From Candidatus Latescibacterota bacterium (GTDB lineage: Bacteria > Latescibacterota > UBA2968 > UBA8231): a stretch of DNA of 64,000 nt. The position numbers and the translations under genes are program-made. Positions 61,702 to 64,000 of the stretch are shown piece by piece. The notes beneath the pieces were generated by a model. That model was not told where the DNA came from. It worked only from the letters and a program-made list of their open reading frames with translations, and ran no database searches. The stretch is from contig CBDAOB010000004.1 of assembly GCA_965197905.1 (NCBI GenBank), positions 1,184,001 through 1,248,000 on the forward strand, in the 5' to 3' direction. Position 1 is the stretch's first letter. Each line of letters opens with the position of its first letter.

Positions 61702-64000
61702 ATGGTTGACGAATTGGCGGCCGCGCAGGCGCGCAATCTCTGCGATCCGGATAGCCTGGGGTTCGAAAACACGGGCGAGCTGGAACCACGGGAAGGAATC
61801 ATTGGACAATCTAGAGCGCTGCAGGCGTTGCAGTTCGGTCTGGAGATGCCAGGTAGCGGTTACAACATCTATGTCGCCGGCGTCGCCGGCACTGGTCGCA
61901 CCACCGCTGTGAAAGCCTACCTGGAGGACCGCGCCCTCCATCAAGAGGTCCCGTCGGACTGGTGTTACGTGAACAACTTCGCCGATCCGTACCGTCCCAA
62001 ATCGCTGCGTCTGCCCGCTGGCCGAGGGGCGGAGCTCCAACGCGACGTAAAAGCGTTTGTCGAGCGAGCGCACACCGACATTCACCAGGCCTTCGAGAGT
62101 GACGAGTACCGCGATCGCAAGGAGGCTGTCCAGGTAGAGTTGGAGCGGGAGCAGCAGGCGTTGTTCAAACCGATGAAAGAACGGTCAGAGGAGGCAGGCT
62201 TCTTATTGGAGATCACCCAGATGGGCATGGCCTTCGTGCCCCTCGAGGATGGCAAGCCGATCGACCAAAAGGCCTTCCTGGCCCTGGATGCCGAAGCTCG
62301 GAAGGAGATGGAGCGCCGGCGCGACGAGCTACAGGAGGAGATGAAGGACACCCTCACGGAGATGCGCTCCATTGCCAAGAATCTGGTGGAGCGGGTACAG
62401 GAGCTGGACCGCGGCGTCGCCCTCTATGTCGTCGAGCTACTTATGGAGGATCTGGTTGCCAGCTACAGCAAGCTCCCAGAGGTTTCCGCCTACCTCCAAA
62501 GCCTGCAGGATGACATTCTGGAAAACATCGACGCCTTCCGCTCGAATGGCGACGAAGGCGAGGGCGCGCCGAAACCCCCCTGGCTCGCGGAAGCTCCGTT
62601 GCGCAAGTACGAGGTCAACGTGGTTGTGGATAACAGCGCTTTGAAGGGAGCGCCGGTGGTCATGGAGTTGAATCCGACCTATAGCGATCTCTTCGGACGC
62701 ATTGAAAAGGAGTCTCAGTTCGGTGCGCTGCACACCGATTTCACCCTCGTGCGGGGTGGTTCGATCCACCGCGCCAACGGGGGATACCTGGTGCTGCCGG
62801 TTGAGGAGCTCCTGCGCAACATCTTCGTATGGGACGGCCTCAAGCGCTCCCTGCGTAACAACAAGATCGAAATCGAGGAACTGGGCGAACGGCTGGGATA
62901 CATCACGACTCGCGGACTTAGACCGGAGCCGATTCCGCTGCAGGTCAAGGTAGTCCTCATCGGCAACCCGATGCTCTACCATCTGCTGCACCAATGGGAC
63001 AGTGATTTCACCGAACTCTTCAAGATCAAGGCGGATTTCGACACCCGCATGAAGCGAACCGATGCCAACATCCAGGTCTATTTGGCGTCCATCTCGCGCA
63101 TGTGTAAAGCAGAGGATCACCGCTGCCTCGACAACACCGCGGCGGCGAAGTTGATCGAGCACAGCTCGCGATTGGCCGACGACCAGGAAAGGTTGTCGAC
63201 CCATTTCGGAGACATGGCCGACTTGATCCGCGAGTCCGATTTCTGGGCCGCCAGCGAAGGGGCTGATTTCATCAGCGCATCCCATGTGAGCAAAGCGATC
63301 GACAAGAAGATCTACCGCTCCAACATGATTCAGGAGCGCGTGCAGGAGATGATCGAGCGCGGCACCCTGCTCATCGACACTCAGGGCTCGGTGGTGGGCC
63401 GGCTCAACGGGCTGGCGGTAATATCCCTGGGGGATTACGCCTTCGGACGGCCGAACAGGATCACCGCCAGCATCGGCCTAGGTCGCGGCGGCATCGTCGA
63501 CATTGAGCGGGAAGCGAAATTGGGCGGTCCACTGCATACCAAGGGGGTGCTGATTCTCAGCGGTTATCTGGTTCAGAAATATGCCCAGGACAAGGCCCTG
63601 CCCCTTTCAGCTCGATTGGTGTTCGAGCAGAGCTACGAGGGGGTCGAAGGCGACAGCGCCTCCAGCGCCGAACTCTACGCCTTGCTCTCCGCCCTTTCGG
63701 GATTGCCCATAAGACAGAGTATCGCGGTCACCGGGTCGGTTAACCAACAGGGGGACGTGCAGGCCATCGGTGGCGTCAACGAAAAGGTAGAGGGGTTCTT
63801 CGAGGTGTGCAGAGCGCTTGGAGACCTCAGCGGTGAGCAGGGCGTCATGATTCCCTTCAGCAACGTTCAGAACCTCATGCTCAAGGAGGAGGTGGTGCAG
63901 GCGATCGCCGAGGGACAGTTCCATGTCTGGCCGGTCAGGACCATTGACGAGGGGATCGAGTGCCTAACCGGCGTCGCAGCCGGCGAGCGCGATGCCGCCG
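61702..64000 (+). CDS. Lon-like (LonC/AAA_32-type) protease, runs off the window
   Basis: Not in the ORF track because it is open-ended. GGAGG-ATG; IIGQSRA, G..GTGRTT, ANGGYL, LFKIKADFD, FEQSY.GVEGDSAS, GGVNEK.EGF motifs. Confidence 0.92.
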   Translation, partial: MVDELAAAQARNLCDPDSLGFENTGELEPREGIIGQSRALQALQFGLEMPGSGYNIYVAGVAGTGRTTAVKAYLEDRALHQEVPSDWCYVNNFADPYRPKSLRLPAGRGAELQRDVKAFVERAHTDIHQAFESDEYRDRKEAVQVELEREQQALFKPMKERSEEAGFLLEITQMGMAFVPLEDGKPIDQKAFLALDAEARKEMERRRDELQEEMKDTLTEMRSIAKNLVERVQELDRGVALYVVELLMEDLVASYSKLPEVSAYLQSLQDDILENIDAFRSNGDEGEGAPKPPWLAEAPLRKYEVNVVVDNSALKGAPVVMELNPTYSDLFGRIEKESQFGALHTDFTLVRGGSIHRANGGYLVLPVEELLRNIFVWDGLKRSLRNNKIEIEELGERLGYITTRGLRPEPIPLQVKVVLIGNPMLYHLLHQWDSDFTELFKIKADFDTRMKRTDANIQVYLASISRMCKAEDHRCLDNTAAAKLIEHSSRLADDQERLSTHFGDMADLIRESDFWAASEGADFISASHVSKAIDKKIYRSNMIQERVQEMIERGTLLIDTQGSVVGRLNGLAVISLGDYAFGRPNRITASIGLGRGGIVDIEREAKLGGPLHTKGVLILSGYLVQKYAQDKALPLSARLVFEQSYEGVEGDSASSAELYALLSALSGLPIRQSIAVTGSVNQQGDVQAIGGVNEKVEGFFEVCRALGDLSGEQGVMIPFSNVQNLMLKEEVVQAIAEGQFHVWPVRTIDEGIECLTGVAAGERDAA

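Noticed and set aside
1..64000. CRISPR array, rRNA, prophage or intact IS
   Set aside because: No periodic repeats, rRNA signatures, phage structural genes, integrase or transposase motifs recognised.

Overview
GC-rich bacterial chromosomal window with no rRNA, complete tRNA, CRISPR array, integrase or intact transposase. A FlgD-Ig/CTD-tailed secreted protein, a large DxDxDG-repeat exported protein and several PhyH/TIM-barrel/Gfo catabolic genes suggest an FCB-group organism, possibly Latescibacterota (inference). Housekeeping blocks: sucA-sucB-lpdA-hisI, purL, nfi, msrB, eda-like aldolase, sahR-like/ahcY divergent from a homocysteine methyltransferase, three-part pntAB, a sigma-70 factor, ctaA, fbaB and a Lon-like protease. 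Two observations stand out. (1) Two in-frame ORFs (54895-53126 and 53107-52025) are separated by one UGA that is immediately followed by a bacterial-SECIS-like hairpin, predicting a 956-aa lipoprotein selenoprotein (FG-GAP + ASPIC/UnbV + TlpA CxxC). (2) An unannotated ~290-nt highly structured RNA (50519-50232) upstream of pntAB has its own sigma-70 promoter, an intrinsic terminator, a competing antiterminator pairing and a 9-codon uORF. The window also carries many decay scars: genes collapsed to terminal stubs, a shredded group II intron inside a dehydrogenase pseudogene, and single-base frameshifts. All product calls come from motif recognition by eye, not database searches.
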